From the sequence record OL770074.2: a stretch of 64,000 nucleotides of DNA; one strand, written 5' to 3'. How positions within the stretch are numbered: the first letter of the stretch is position 1; every line of letters starts with the position of its first letter. The stretch is from Escherichia phage vB_EcoM-RPN187. Below, in pieces: positions 62,880 through 64,000 of this stretch. The notes under the pieces are model-generated. The model worked only from the letters and a program-made list of their open reading frames with translations, searched no databases and was not told the origin of the DNA. Both the position numbers and the translations under genes were made by a program.

Positions 62880-64000
62880 TATAAACCTGTCTGGGACCAC
62901 GGTCCAAATACGTCTTCAAATGAATCCGCTTCTGTTTTATCAAAACGGAACCCTTTAATAATTGGAAGGAAAATACCTACAGTACCTTCACGGCCTTTAG
63001 AATGAACCCAACCATTACATTCACAATCAGCGATACGCCCAATTAATTTACCTTCACGAGCTTCGGTCATTAATCGTTCACGGTCCAAATCATGACGCTC
63101 GTCTAAAGGAATAAGAACCTTTACACCGTCAACTGTTTTATGAGTTGTATCTTTAAAACCTGAACCACAATCAGTTGTAATACGACGACAACGTGATACG
63201 AGTTCGACACCACCTAATTTGTTAGGGTCTTTAGAGTGTTCATAGTATCCTACAACTTCTAAAGCGATATCAATAACTTCTTTAAATTTAATTAGGTTCT
63301 TAGATCGTTTGTTTTCCCAATATGAATCACGGTTTTTAAGGATAATACCTTCAAGACCTTGGTCAACATATTTTTTATAAACCGCTTTAGCTTCGTCAAG
63401 ATTACGAACTAACTGATTTTCAATTGGCTCAATTCGCTTAAAGCCTTCAGCCATATTTTCAAGAGCAGCAAAACGAACATCGTATTTCTGACCTTTAATT
63501 TTGCCATCAGAATAGACTTCATCTAAAGGAACATAGTCCCAGGCTTGAAGAACCATACCTTCCGCTTCTTTAGGAGAAATAGTCCCTTGAAGAGATTTAT
63601 TTGCTAAACCATTTGAAGTGCTACGGTCTGCAACTTGTACTTCTTCTGATTCTTCATTATCACCAAATAAGAACGACAGGTCATTTCCTGAGCTCACAGC
63701 CTTTTTAATATCAAATGAATGATAAACTAATTCACCGTCGATTAAAACCCCATTAGGGTGTCTTTCACGAGCTTCTTTAGTCATTTCCATTAGTTCATCC
63801 GCTAATAGAGTAAGACCATGGTATTCGTTACCAGCACGAGAAAAGAATTGAACACCATCATCGCGAACTTCAGCGAAACAACGAGCACCATCTGCTTTTA
63901 ATTGGGCAAATGCTGGCCATTTAATATTTTTAGTAATCAATTTCTCATCATATGCAGATGCTAACATCTGTGGTTGCAATTGAATAAGTCCAGGCCACAC
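62879..64000 (-). CDS. 30: ATP-dependent DNA ligase, C-terminal ~370 codons (N-terminus beyond window end)
   Basis: ...FAQLKADGARCFAEVR (motif I KxDGxR)...LIDGELVYH...EGIILKN...ECNGW... matches T4 DNA ligase (memory); frame open to position 64000. Confidence 0.9.
   Translation of the reverse strand: MWPGLIQLQPQMLASAYDEKLITKNIKWPAFAQLKADGARCFAEVRDDGVQFFSRAGNEYHGLTLLADELMEMTKEARERHPNGVLIDGELVYHSFDIKKAVSSGNDLSFLFGDNEESEEVQVADRSTSNGLANKSLQGTISPKEAEGMVLQAWDYVPLDEVYSDGKIKGQKYDVRFAALENMAEGFKRIEPIENQLVRNLDEAKAVYKKYVDQGLEGIILKNRDSYWENKRSKNLIKFKEVIDIALEVVGYYEHSKDPNKLGGVELVSRCRRITTDCGSGFKDTTHKTVDGVKVLIPLDERHDLDRERLMTEAREGKLIGRIADCECNGWVHSKGREGTVGIFLPIIKGFRFDKTEADSFEDVFGPWSQTGL

Overview
This window is a T4-like (Tevenvirinae) myovirus genome segment, colinear with the T4 map from denV/e through the tRNA cluster, genes 57B/57A-1-3-2-4, the baseplate, neck, terminase, tail and head late genes (53 through 24), rnlB-hoc-inh-uvsW-uvsY, the second baseplate hub block (25 through 54), alt and the 3' part of DNA ligase (30). 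All calls are made by reading the sequence and ORF track and comparing with T4 proteins from memory; no database search was run. Core structural genes are near-identical in length and sequence to T4. I delineated ten minus-strand tRNAs by hand (Arg, Asn, Tyr, CAU-anticodon Met/Ile2, Thr, Ser, Pro, Gly, Leu, Gln). The accessory content lies mainly at 1-12.4 kb on the minus strand: nine early promoters of the T4 type (GTTTAC, 18 nt, TATAGT/TACTAT/TATAAT), several inside hairpins; six small genes whose products start with the T4 internal-protein capsid-targeting sequence (MK[TMS][YF]xEF[IL]xE), which are candidate injected effectors; two tandem paralogue families with conserved C-terminal motifs; and a 57B (Acb1-like) 2H phosphoesterase. 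A GIY-YIG Seg-like homing endonuclease gene is inserted between genes 13 and 14. No CRISPR array, integrase or transposase was seen.
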